From contig JBKHJL010000004.1 of NCBI GenBank assembly GCA_046538155.1, forward strand, positions 1 to 43,424: a stretch of DNA of 43,424 nucleotides. The letters run 5' to 3'. The notes under the pieces were generated by a model, which was given only the letters and a program-made list of their open reading frames with translations, did not search any database and was not told where the DNA came from. The DNA is from Candidatus Micrarchaeia archaeon (GTDB taxonomy: Archaea > Micrarchaeota > Micrarchaeia > Anstonellales > Bilamarchaeaceae). Both the position numbers and the translations under genes were made by a program. Every line of letters begins with the position of its first letter. The first letter of the stretch is position 1. Of this stretch, positions 1 to 8,695 are shown in pieces.

Positions 1-85
1 GGAGGGGAGGGGGGAGCTGGACCGGCTTGCGGCGATTGTGCTTCTTGGCCTTTATGCAGCATCCTACCTGTTTCTTTTTGCCTGA
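1..85 (+). CDS. 3' end of a membrane protein (partial), possibly a cation/Ca2+ antiporter C-terminus
   Basis: The frame from position 2 reads EGRGELDRLAAIVLLGLYAASYLFLFA* (TGA 83-85), a hydrophobic C-terminal helix. The family guess is weak. Confidence 0.45.
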   Translation, partial: EGRGELDRLAAIVLLGLYAASYLFLFA

Positions 86-165
86 ATGCCTGAGAACGGC
101 GGGAAAAACAACACCACGTTTTTAAACCTTGGCAAACAATAAATAAACCTAATTATGGTGGTTGC

Positions 166-735
166 ATGAGCAAAAGAACTGTTGCTAAAAAGTGTAGTGG
201 GACAAGGGGGCTGCCTTCCGGAAACGGCTGGTTTCCCCGCAGCCCGAAGGAAAGGCATGAAAAAGAGGTAAGGAAAATTTTTGAAGCGGTAAATAACGGA
301 ATAAAGGCTCTCTGGAAACTCAATGAAGGCAGTGTAAACATAAGGGACCACCTTGAAAGGACCCCGATAATGGTCGCTGCAAAAAACGGGCAATGCAGTG
401 TTGTGGAAGAACTTATGAAAGAGCTGGGGGCAGACCCGGACCTGATAGATATAAATGGGAGGACTGCACTTCAGCATGCAATCCTTGAAGGAAACAGGGC
501 AACCGCAAAAATCCTGGTGGATACTGGAGCAGACTGGAAGTCAGACCTTGAACTGGCAGTAAGACAGGGCAGGAAAAAGATGGCAGAGAGAATTGTGGAG
601 ATTGTGGGGGAAGAAAAAGCCGCTCCTGTGGTTGAGGAAAGCATGAAAAAACCTGCCATGCTGAGCAGCAGGGTTGAAAAGGTGGACAGCACTGCAAATG
701 CAGTCCACGACCTTGGGCTGGTTAATAACGAGTAA
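166..735 (+). CDS. Ankyrin-repeat protein
   Basis: Ankyrin motifs RTPIMVAAKNGQCSVVEELMKELGADPD and GRTALQHAILEGNRATAKILVDTGAD, after a basic N-terminal leader. Confidence 0.85.
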   Translation: MSKRTVAKKCSGTRGLPSGNGWFPRSPKERHEKEVRKIFEAVNNGIKALWKLNEGSVNIRDHLERTPIMVAAKNGQCSVVEELMKELGADPDLIDINGRTALQHAILEGNRATAKILVDTGADWKSDLELAVRQGRKKMAERIVEIVGEEKAAPVVEESMKKPAMLSSRVEKVDSTANAVHDLGLVNNE

Positions 736-788
736 AAGCAGGGAAGCCTGAGTTTCTTTTATAATTCTTTTCTTCTTTTACTTCCAGC

Positions 789-1754
789 ATGGGAGCAAGA
801 TATTCTGTTGACGTAAAAAACGTCAGGAAAATTCAGAAATCCATAAACAAGGCGATTTTTTCAGGGAGCAAGAATGCCCTGGTGGGGCACTATGCAGGAG
901 TAATCCCGTTCAGGGGTGAAAAACTTGCAATGCATACGGATGGTGTCGGGACCAAGGTGCTTGTTGCGGATGAGCTTGAAAAATATGATACAGTAGGAAT
1001 TGATGCAATCGCAATGAATGTGAATGACATTATCTGCATTGGGGCGAAGCCGCTTGCCGGAGTAGACTATCTCGCGGTAGCAAAAGAAGACGAATACCTT
1101 ATAACACAGATTATGAAGGGGCTTGTAAAGGGGGCAAAAGAATCCGGAATCTCCATAGTCGGGGGGGAAACTGCGATAATGAAGGACGTCATAAAGGGTA
1201 AAAACAGGCCCTTTGATTTGGCTTTCACTGCACTGGGGGTTGTGGAAAAATACATAACCGGCTCCGCAATACGGAATGGGGACGTGCTTATCAGTTTGGG
1301 GAGCTCCGGGCTCCACTCAAACGGGTATACCCTTGCAAGGAAAGTGCTCCCTGTGGATAAGTGGGGGAAGAAAATGCTCACCCCCACTAAAATTTACGTG
1401 GAGCCGGTGATGGAAATGGTCCGGAAATCAAAGGTGCACGGGCTTGCCCATATTACAGGAGGCGCATTTTCCAAGCTCACCAGGCTCAATAAAAAACTCG
1501 GGTTCTTTATAGACAATCCGGTAAAGCCTGCTCCGATTTTCAGGGAACTCTGGAAGCATGTGGAAGACGAGAGGCACATGTACCGCACCTTCAACATGGG
1601 AACAGGGATGGTTGTGGCTGCCCCTGCAAAAGAGGAAAGCTCAATCCTGAAGATTGCAAAGAAGCACAAGGTGAAGGCGCAGGTAATAGGAAGCGTAATC
1701 AAGGAGCCGGGGGTTTACCTGGGGGACGGGACCCGCCTGGACTACCAATTGTGA
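789..1754 (+). CDS. purM: Phosphoribosylformylglycinamidine cyclo-ligase (AIR synthetase)
   Basis: Motifs TDGVGTK, IAMNVNDI, GGETA, SSGLHSNGY, HITGG and TFNMGTG. Confidence 0.97.
   Translation: MGARYSVDVKNVRKIQKSINKAIFSGSKNALVGHYAGVIPFRGEKLAMHTDGVGTKVLVADELEKYDTVGIDAIAMNVNDIICIGAKPLAGVDYLAVAKEDEYLITQIMKGLVKGAKESGISIVGGETAIMKDVIKGKNRPFDLAFTALGVVEKYITGSAIRNGDVLISLGSSGLHSNGYTLARKVLPVDKWGKKMLTPTKIYVEPVMEMVRKSKVHGLAHITGGAFSKLTRLNKKLGFFIDNPVKPAPIFRELWKHVEDERHMYRTFNMGTGMVVAAPAKEESSILKIAKKHKVKAQVIGSVIKEPGVYLGDGTRLDYQL
1608..1747 (+). repeat. 140-bp direct repeat, copy 1 (3' end of purM)
   Basis: Matches 3207-3346 with one mismatch (gttgtggct vs gttgttgct); offset 1599 bp. Confidence 0.95.
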
Positions 1755-1758
1755 TTGG

Positions 1759-2181
1759 ATGGGGGAAAAGGACCTGGGGAAGCTGCTAAAAGAAATGAAT
1801 CCGGAATTGGCAGATGGAAAGTATTTCCTTGCTTCCGTGCCTGAATCAGAAATAATGGTGCTTGCGAATTACCTGGATTACATTACCTGTATTTACAGGG
1901 AGGAGGAAGGGCTCACTGTTCTTTTTTCTGAGGAAATAAATGATGAGATTGAGGGGATTGCAGAGGGGAAGGTTGAAGGTCCTTTTGCATTGATTACGTT
2001 GAATGTGAATTCTGATTTATTTGCTGTGGGGTTCCTTGCGGAAATCACTGGGGCTCTTGCAATGGAAGGGATAAGCGTAAATGCGTTTTCTGCATATTTC
2101 CACGACCATTTGCTTGTTCCGTATCAAAGGAAAGGAGATGTGATTAGCGCCTTGGGGAAGCTTTCCCGCCAGGGGAATTAG
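1759..2181 (+). CDS. ACT-domain protein (DUF2241/ACT_3 + ACT_7 type)
   Basis: Motifs LLKEMNPEL, REEEGLT, ITLNVNSDLFAVGFLA and SAYFHDHLLVP. Confidence 0.85.
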   Translation: MGEKDLGKLLKEMNPELADGKYFLASVPESEIMVLANYLDYITCIYREEEGLTVLFSEEINDEIEGIAEGKVEGPFALITLNVNSDLFAVGFLAEITGALAMEGISVNAFSAYFHDHLLVPYQRKGDVISALGKLSRQGN

Positions 2182-2609
2182 CCGAGGGAAGCCAAAATTG
2201 CTTCGGGCGCTTTCAGGAATTTTATGCTTTTCCCGGAAATAAGGCTTCCGTTTTCCACGGCCTTCTGGAAAATCCTGCGGTATCGCATAAATTTCTCTTT
2301 TCCAAAAAGGGGAATCCCGTCTTTTGCAGCCTCCCAGGCAATTGTGTTGTAGCTCCCCATTGCGGACTCAAACTCTTCAGGAGTAAAACAAACTGGCTCA
2401 ACGCTTCCGCTTCCCTCCCACAAAGCCAAGGCTAATTCCATTCGCTGGAAAATGCCCATCCCGGAGAAGGAAGGGGAAACAAGTAGTACATCATAATCGC
2501 TGCTTTTCAACTCTGCCCCGCGCGCCCGTGAGCCAAAAAGCGCGGCAAACTCCAGGGGAAATTGTTTGTTGGCGCGCATTATGAAACTTTCAAGCTCTTT
2601 TTTGCCCAT
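2178..2609 (-). CDS. Minimal nucleotidyltransferase (MNT), putative antitoxin
   Basis: FGSRARG-x5-SDYD is the Pol-beta GS..DxD motif; the gene overlaps the upstream HEPN gene. Confidence 0.9.
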   Translation of the reverse strand: MGKKELESFIMRANKQFPLEFAALFGSRARGAELKSSDYDVLLVSPSFSGMGIFQRMELALALWEGSGSVEPVCFTPEEFESAMGSYNTIAWEAAKDGIPLFGKEKFMRYRRIFQKAVENGSLISGKSIKFLKAPEAILASLG

Positions 2610-2965
2610 TCCAGCACCTTTCCTGCCTTTTCCAAAAGCAGCCTTGCATTTTCTTCAGTATACAACTCTGCTGGGACGCCTCCGCTGGCATCCGGATACC
2701 TGCTCACAATATAATGGGGCGTAAGGTCCCTAAGGAAAATGGAAATTTCCATCGGGCATTCTGCATCCTCCCCATATTCCTTGAGATTGTGCCCTTTAAA
2801 GGGAAGCTCCCTCTTTTTTTCAATTATATATGCTTTGAGGGATTTTTCCGCAACCTGGTGCGAGAGGAAAGCAACCAAATCGTATGCCTTTTTGGACACC
2901 AGGAACTTGGCATTTTTAAAGTCACTTTCCGCCTGCTTTAGCCAGTTTTCGGCTTCTTTTCGCAT
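2579..2965 (-). CDS. HEPN-domain protein (COG2250-like), partner of the MNT
   Basis: Motifs WLKQAESD, FLSHQVAEKSLKA, GHNL and SRYPD. Confidence 0.9.
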   Translation of the reverse strand: MRKEAENWLKQAESDFKNAKFLVSKKAYDLVAFLSHQVAEKSLKAYIIEKKRELPFKGHNLKEYGEDAECPMEISIFLRDLTPHYIVSRYPDASGGVPAELYTEENARLLLEKAGKVLEWAKKSLKVS

Positions 2966-3086
2966 GGTGCTTTTCTCAATGCCGGAATTTAAGAGGTTTT
3001 TGGTGCATGTGGCTCCGTAGAAATCATGCGTAAAAAATTAAGAGCCACAAGTGGGCACAGCCCACTCCTGGCCCCATGTGCATCCA

Positions 3087-3148
3087 AATTGTGATTGGAT
3101 GGGGAAAAGGATGCAGTAAAGGCGCTGGAGGAGCTCCCGGGCAGGTAA
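3087..3148 (+). pseudogene. Relic of the purM-stop/ACT-gene junction with an internal deletion
   Basis: aattgtgattggatggggaaaagga repeats 1747-1772 with one G missing, then reads KDAVKALEELPGR*, which resembles an ACT/DUF2241 C-terminus. Confidence 0.55.
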
Positions 3149-3206
3149 GTATTTAAAACTCTCAAATAGTAAAAAACATATGGGCAAGCCCGGCATTTTT
3201 CCTGCA

Positions 3207-3353
3207 ATGGTTGTTGCTGCCCCTGCAAAAGAGGAAAGCTCAATCCTGAAGATTGCAAAGAAGCACAAGGTGAAGGCGCAGGTAATAGGAAGCGTAATCA
3301 AGGAGCCGGGGGTTTACCTGGGGGACGGGACCCGCCTGGACTACCAGCTCTGA
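3207..3353 (+). pseudogene. Duplicated purM 3' end (repeat copy 2 is 3207-3346); in frame with ATG 3180, giving a 57-aa ORF
   Basis: Encodes MVVAAPAKEE...GTRLDYQL*, the same peptide as the PurM C-terminus, ending CAG CTC TGA instead of CAA TTG TGA. Confidence 0.9.
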
Positions 3354-3407
3354 AAGGCTGGTGTGCTGAATGCAAAAATATATATACCTTATTATTGATT
3401 GGTGTGC

Positions 3408-4343
3408 ATGAGCCGCCGCGTAAAGCAAACTGTAAAGGACATCAAATCGCTTAAAGTGCAGGGTGCAAGGAACGTTGCAAAGGCAGGGGTGCGCGCAATG
3501 ATGTACGCGGTTGAGGATTCAAAGGCGAAAACAGTAAATGGAATAAAGGCGGATGTGGTAAAGGCGGCACTCGAGATATCAGGTGCAAGGCCCACCGAGC
3601 CGATGCTCAGGAACTACCTGGATGAGACAATCCAGTTTGTTGCATCTGAAATTTCAACCGTAAAAACAAGAAGCGTAAATAAATTCAGGAAAATGGTCCT
3701 GAAAAGCGAAAACGAGTATCTGCGCAGGATGGAAAGCGACATAAGAAAGCTGAAGGATTACGGGGCATCCATGCTGACAAGCGGGATGACAATAGTCACC
3801 CACTGCCATTCCAGCACAGTTACTGGTGTAATAAAAGAGGCGCACAAAAGGGGGAAAAACCTGAAAGTGGTGGCCTGCGAAACAAGGCCCCGATACCAGG
3901 GAAGGATAACCGCAAAAGAGCTTTCAGGGGCAGGAGTTGATGTAACAATAACTGTGGACCTGGGAGTAAACAGGTACCTGAAAAAAGCAGATGTGGTGCT
4001 GGTGGGGGCGGATGCAATCAACTCCACAGGGGATTTGGTTAACAAAGTGGGGACCTCCTCGCTTGCCCGGCTTGCAGAAATATATGATGTTGATTTTTTC
4101 TCGTGTGCAGAAAGCTACAAGTATGACCCGCTCACGATGTTTGGAGTCAGGGAAAGAATTGAAGAGAGGAGCAGTAAGGAAGTCTGGGAACGCCCCCCGA
4201 AAAAAGTGAATATTTCCAACCCTGCATTTGATGTTACCTCTGCCCACCACATAAACGGGTATGTGACGGAAATGGGCATTCTGCCCCCTTCCGCGCTCCC
4301 GGGAATTGCAGAAAAGAAGATTTCACAGAAGAGGGATGGATGA
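3408..4343 (+). CDS. Ribose-1,5-bisphosphate isomerase (eIF2B-like family)
   Basis: Motifs VQGARNVA, ARPTEPMLRN, THCHSSTV, ETRPRYQG, NKVGT and NPAFDVT; adjacent to AMP phosphorylase. Confidence 0.92.
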   Translation: MSRRVKQTVKDIKSLKVQGARNVAKAGVRAMMYAVEDSKAKTVNGIKADVVKAALEISGARPTEPMLRNYLDETIQFVASEISTVKTRSVNKFRKMVLKSENEYLRRMESDIRKLKDYGASMLTSGMTIVTHCHSSTVTGVIKEAHKRGKNLKVVACETRPRYQGRITAKELSGAGVDVTITVDLGVNRYLKKADVVLVGADAINSTGDLVNKVGTSSLARLAEIYDVDFFSCAESYKYDPLTMFGVRERIEERSSKEVWERPPKKVNISNPAFDVTSAHHINGYVTEMGILPPSALPGIAEKKISQKRDG

Positions 4344-5953
4344 TGAAACATAAGGAGAAAAACATGGAAAACAACAAAGGAATGGTTCTTAGCGAAGAAG
4401 AGAAAGAAAAGAGGGAAAAGAAAAAGGAGCTCTGGAAAAAGAAGGAATACTTATGCCAGGTAAAGCTCATAGACATCAAAACAGGAAGAAATGTTGTCGT
4501 GCTCAATGAAAAGGAAGCAGAGGAAAATGATATTTACAACGGCTACAGAGTTATACTGAAGCACAATGGCAGGGAGATAATAGCGATTGTAGACCTGAGC
4601 AGCAAGATGGTAAAGCCGGGGGAAATAGGATTGTTCGGGGATATTGCAGAAGAACTAAACGTGGGGGACAAGGACCTCATACGTGTAAAGCACATGGAAA
4701 AGCCGGCCAGCCTGGAATTCATAAAGCTAAAGCTGGACGGGGAAAGCCTAAACGAAGAACAGATGTCTACAATAATAAGGGAACTCATGAAGAACAGGAT
4801 TTCAGAAGCAGAGCAATCCGCATTTGTGGCAGCTGTTTACATGAAGGGGCTTGGCGAAGACGAAACAGTTGCACTTACCAAAGCAATTGTGGAATCGGGA
4901 GAAATGCTGGACCTGGGAAAGGGTCCCATTGCAGACAAGCACTGCATAGGGGGAGTGGCAGGAAACAGAACCACCCTGGTCGTGGTTCCCATTGTTGCGG
5001 CTGCAGGGATATACATCCCAAAAACCTCCTCCCGTGCAATAACCTCTGCTGCGGGGACCGCTGACACCATGGAGGTTATTGCAGATGTTAATTTCAACAC
5101 AGATGAACTCAGGGAAATAGTGTTGAAGGCGAAAGGGGCGATGGTATGGGGAGGTGGCACGAATATCGCTTCGGCCGATGACAAACTGATAAAGATAAGG
5201 CACCCTCTTTCCCTTGACCCGAGGGGAATGCTGCTGGCATCAATACTCGCAAAAAAATACGCAGTGGGGGCAAAATACGTGGCCATAGACATACCGATAG
5301 GGCTGGGGGCAAAGATACATGACATACCAAGGGCAGAAATGCTGGGGAATGACTTTATCAAGATAGGCAAGCGGCTGGATATGTCGATTGAAAGCCTTAT
5401 CACCGACGGGGCAGAGCCTGTAGGAAATGGAATAGGGGGGGCGCTTGAATGCAGGGATGTGATGCGGGTGCTGCAGGGCGGGGGCCCGAACGACCTGAAA
5501 AACAAAAGCACCCTCCTTGCAGGAAAGATACTGGAACTTTCAGGGAAGGTGCCGGAAGGAAAGGGCAGGGAAACCGCGGAGATGATGGTAACAAACGGGA
5601 ATGCCTGGAAAAAGATGCAGGAAATAATAGAACTCCAGGGCGGGAACCCAAAAATAAAGGAGGACGATTTGCCAATCGGGCCCCACAAACATACAATTGC
5701 CGCGAAAAAGGGGGGGAGAATAAGCCACATAGACAACAAAGACATCAACAAAATCGCAAGGGCGGCCGGCTGCCCCAGGGACAAGGGGGCAGGAGTATAC
5801 CTCCACAGGGTTAAAGGCGACAAGGTAAAACCGGGAGAGCCGCTTTTTGACATTTACGCGGAAAGCGAAACAAAGCTGGACTTTGCAATAAAAGCAGTGG
5901 ACGTCTGGAAACCTGTGGAACTGGAGAAATTCCTCCTTGGAACAATGCGGTGA
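4340..5953 (+). CDS. deoA: AMP phosphorylase (archaeal thymidine-phosphorylase-like)
   Basis: Motifs DKHCIGGVAGNRTT, KTSSRAITSAAGTAD and ASILAKK, with the N-terminal extension typical of AMP phosphorylases. Confidence 0.95.
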   Translation: MMKHKEKNMENNKGMVLSEEEKEKREKKKELWKKKEYLCQVKLIDIKTGRNVVVLNEKEAEENDIYNGYRVILKHNGREIIAIVDLSSKMVKPGEIGLFGDIAEELNVGDKDLIRVKHMEKPASLEFIKLKLDGESLNEEQMSTIIRELMKNRISEAEQSAFVAAVYMKGLGEDETVALTKAIVESGEMLDLGKGPIADKHCIGGVAGNRTTLVVVPIVAAAGIYIPKTSSRAITSAAGTADTMEVIADVNFNTDELREIVLKAKGAMVWGGGTNIASADDKLIKIRHPLSLDPRGMLLASILAKKYAVGAKYVAIDIPIGLGAKIHDIPRAEMLGNDFIKIGKRLDMSIESLITDGAEPVGNGIGGALECRDVMRVLQGGGPNDLKNKSTLLAGKILELSGKVPEGKGRETAEMMVTNGNAWKKMQEIIELQGGNPKIKEDDLPIGPHKHTIAAKKGGRISHIDNKDINKIARAAGCPRDKGAGVYLHRVKGDKVKPGEPLFDIYAESETKLDFAIKAVDVWKPVELEKFLLGTMR

Positions 5954-6005
5954 GGGCAATATCCTTTTAAATCCTTTTTTGCTTTTATTCCCTTCACACA
6001 ATTGA

Positions 6006-6099
6006 CCCTCCATAGCTCAGTGGTAGAGCGGCCGGCTGTAGCTTGCCTTCTACAAAAGTAGAAACCGGCAGGTCGTGTGTTCAAATCACACTGGAGGGA
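6006..6099 (+). tRNA. tRNA-Tyr(GTA) with a 22-nt intron (6042-6063) at position 37/38
   Basis: Acceptor CCCTCCA/TGGAGGG (C1-G72, A73), anticodon stem GCCGG/CCGGC, T-loop TTCAAAT, relaxed BHB with CUGU:GUAG helix. Confidence 0.93.
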
Positions 6100-6151
6100 A
6101 TTGCCGCAGCAAACAATTAGTTTTTTAAAGATAACGAGAAGATGTAGAGAT

Positions 6152-7252
6152 ATGAAGCGCCTGCTCTTATTACTTTTACTGCTTACGAGCACATTTGCGA
6201 TAGAAGTTATTGAATATTATGGCGCAGGTTGCCCCCACTGCACAAGAACTGCAGAACTGCTTTCAGAGATGGAAGAAGAGTACAATCTTACTTTTATAAA
6301 GAAAGAAATCTACCAGAATTCGGAAAACAGGGCGGAGATGTTCCAGCACTATGAGGATTTTGGGGAAAACCCTGCAAATGGGGGTGTGCCCACCTTGCTT
6401 GTAGATGGGAAGGCGCTGATAATAGGGGAGCTTACAGAAGAGCAATGGAGGAACCTTCTGGACGACTGTGTGGAAGACGAATGCCCGGAAGGGGTATTCA
6501 CCATGGAGACAATAGATTCAGTCTATGAGCCATCTGTGAGCGAAATAAAGGAGGAAGATGAATACCAGGCCCTTACCTTATGGGGGCTGGTTGCCGCGGC
6601 AATTGTTGACTCGGTAAACCCCTGCACTATTGCGGTGCTGGTAATGCTCATGGGAATAGTGCTGCTCTCAGATGGCAGAAAAAGGATGCTTATTTCAGGT
6701 ATTGTTTTTGTAATCGTAATCTTCCTGGCATACATACTCATGGGGTTGGGGATTCTCCATGTAGTGGATGACCCCGGCCTTACCAATCTATTCTATGGGG
6801 CCGCCACAATAGGGCTGCTTATCCTTGCGGCAATGGAATTCAATGGATACCTGCACTACAAGCCAGGGTTCTTCGCAGTAGAGATGCCCATGTGGCTGAG
6901 GCCCCATGCAAAAAAAGCAATTGAGGGTGCAACCTCACTTCCTGGGGTTGCATTTGCAGCTCTTTTCTGCTCCCTGTTTCTGCTTCCCTGCTCATCAGGG
7001 CCATACCTCGCAGTCCTTGCAATAATATCAAAGGCAGTTACCCTGCAGGCAATGACATACCTGGTGCTTTACAATGTCATATTCGTACTGCCCATGCTGA
7101 TAATAATAGCTGCAATATACATGGGCTACACAACAGTGGAAAAAATCGGGGAAGCAAAGGAAAAATACATAAGGCAGATACACCTGGTTTCAGGGATTGT
7201 GCTTTTCCTGCTTTTCCTCTACATGGCTTCGGTATTCCTGGGGCTGTTCTGA
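6152..7252 (+). CDS. Thioredoxin/glutaredoxin-like domain fused to a CcdA/DsbD-type membrane domain
   Basis: Signal peptide, CPHC, GGVPT, then transmembrane helices with DSVNPC and LPCSSGPY. Confidence 0.88.
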   Translation: MKRLLLLLLLLTSTFAIEVIEYYGAGCPHCTRTAELLSEMEEEYNLTFIKKEIYQNSENRAEMFQHYEDFGENPANGGVPTLLVDGKALIIGELTEEQWRNLLDDCVEDECPEGVFTMETIDSVYEPSVSEIKEEDEYQALTLWGLVAAAIVDSVNPCTIAVLVMLMGIVLLSDGRKRMLISGIVFVIVIFLAYILMGLGILHVVDDPGLTNLFYGAATIGLLILAAMEFNGYLHYKPGFFAVEMPMWLRPHAKKAIEGATSLPGVAFAALFCSLFLLPCSSGPYLAVLAIISKAVTLQAMTYLVLYNVIFVLPMLIIIAAIYMGYTTVEKIGEAKEKYIRQIHLVSGIVLFLLFLYMASVFLGLF

Positions 7253-7304
7253 GCAGTCGGCACATTTATTAACGTTTTGTGGAATAAATAGAATTCACCG
7301 ATTT

Positions 7305-7376
7305 GCCCTGGTAGTGTAGTGGTTATCATCCCGGCCTGTCGAGCCGGAGACCCGGGTTCAATTCCCGGCCAGGGCG
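7305..7376 (+). tRNA. tRNA-Asp(GTC)
   Basis: Acceptor GCCCTGG/CCAGGGC with G73; anticodon arm CCGGC-CTGTCGA-GCCGG; GGTTCAATTCC T-arm. Confidence 0.97.
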
Positions 7377-7436
7377 CACTTATTTTAACTGGATTTTTCC
7401 AAATTATTTAAATAGCTGCAAGGCAGATATTCCAGC

Positions 7437-8126
7437 ATGAAGATTGGCGGATTTGTGTTTTTGGGCCTTGTGCTGCTGCTTATGTTCGGGTGCCCTTCGG
7501 AAGAAGCGCCTCCTGAGGAGAATGCTTCCATGGAAGAGGTTGTGGTTGAAGAACAGGCTGAAGAAACTGCCGTGGAAGCGAACGAAACGGCCATGGAAGA
7601 AGAAACAGTGGAAGAAGTTCCTGAAGATGAAAAAGATGAAGCTACTGAAGAAGAGCAGGAAGAGAAACCAGAAGAAGATGAATCCCCGGAAGAGCCTGTT
7701 ATCTGCATTCCGGTGGCATCCGCTGGATATGCTGAAGTAACTGTCTACCAGGATGATATCCAGTATTACGGAGAAGAAGGGAAAGTTGCATACTCAGAAG
7801 AGCTGGAGATGGGCGACTCGCTTAATATCCCGAGCGGAGGGACAATAACCCTGGAGAACATAGTTGTAGATGCAGATTGCGAAGAATGCGGTGAAAAACC
7901 TTCCTGGACTTACAGCCAGAAAGCGAAGCTCAGGATAAGTGTGCCCAATGCACCTGAAGATGTTGTAGTAGTTGCAGGAACAGAAGAGCACGGATTTTTC
8001 AACTCCACCTATGAATGCCATACCTGGGACTGGGACAGAGAATACTGCCTAAAATATGTTCCTGATGAGCAGAAACAATATTATGTGGGGAAAATCAGTG
8101 CAGAAAAACTCTGTGTGGAGCAATAG
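7437..8126 (+). CDS. Acidic putative lipoprotein, unknown function
   Basis: Lipobox-like LMFGC, Glu-rich linker, Cys-containing C-terminal domain. Confidence 0.75.
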   Translation: MKIGGFVFLGLVLLLMFGCPSEEAPPEENASMEEVVVEEQAEETAVEANETAMEEETVEEVPEDEKDEATEEEQEEKPEEDESPEEPVICIPVASAGYAEVTVYQDDIQYYGEEGKVAYSEELEMGDSLNIPSGGTITLENIVVDADCEECGEKPSWTYSQKAKLRISVPNAPEDVVVVAGTEEHGFFNSTYECHTWDWDREYCLKYVPDEQKQYYVGKISAEKLCVEQ

Positions 8127-8152
8127 AAAAAGTAAAAATAAGGGAGGGATTA

Positions 8153-8599
8153 TTACTCCTTTTCTTCCTTAGCTTTCTTGCTTTTCTCCCCGTGCTTGGG
8201 TGCTCCCCCGGATTTTCCCTTTTTGCCTTCAGTGCGCTGTTTGACTGCCTCCTCAATTTCCTCTTCCCGCTTAAGATGGGCATCAATCTCTGTTCCAACT
8301 TTGTATTTTCCGAAGAAATATCCGCTGAAGAACATCAGCAGGGAAATCAGTATAAGGGCTACTGGAATTCCAAGGTACACTGCGGGGAGTATCGTGCTGG
8401 GAATCTGGTTGCGTATCTCTATGAACTCCTCGGGTATCTGGACTCCGCAGGCAGACATCTCCTGAACATTGTTTGCAGAGAAGAAGTCTATCAGCACCTT
8501 TCCTATATAGCTCAGGTAGCTTATTGCAACATAGAGGCTTGCAACTATTACCACTATGCCGATAACTGCAAGAGCCATGGAAATTAGTTTGTTTTTCAT
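8153..8599 (-). CDS. Two-TM membrane protein, unknown function
   Basis: Two hydrophobic segments and a charged C-terminal tail. Confidence 0.75.
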   Translation of the reverse strand: MKNKLISMALAVIGIVVIVASLYVAISYLSYIGKVLIDFFSANNVQEMSACGVQIPEEFIEIRNQIPSTILPAVYLGIPVALILISLLMFFSGYFFGKYKVGTEIDAHLKREEEIEEAVKQRTEGKKGKSGGAPKHGEKSKKAKEEKE

Positions 8600-8695
8600 C
8601 GGACCACCTAGAGGGAATACACATTCTACATTTTAATAGGTTTTCAATATGGAAAACCCCACAAGATTTAAATTAATTAAACGGGAAAAAGGTGT

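Noticed and set aside
4837..5853. Long antisense ORFs (for example 4837-5853, 13746-14348, 39135-39794)
   Set aside because: They are shadow frames of well-supported genes and have no motifs of their own.
6077..6151. ORF-track N-terminal extensions (6077, 19267, 28717, 29138, 34019, 36814)
   Set aside because: They overlap tRNAs, neighbouring genes or structured leader sequence, and downstream starts fit the protein families better.
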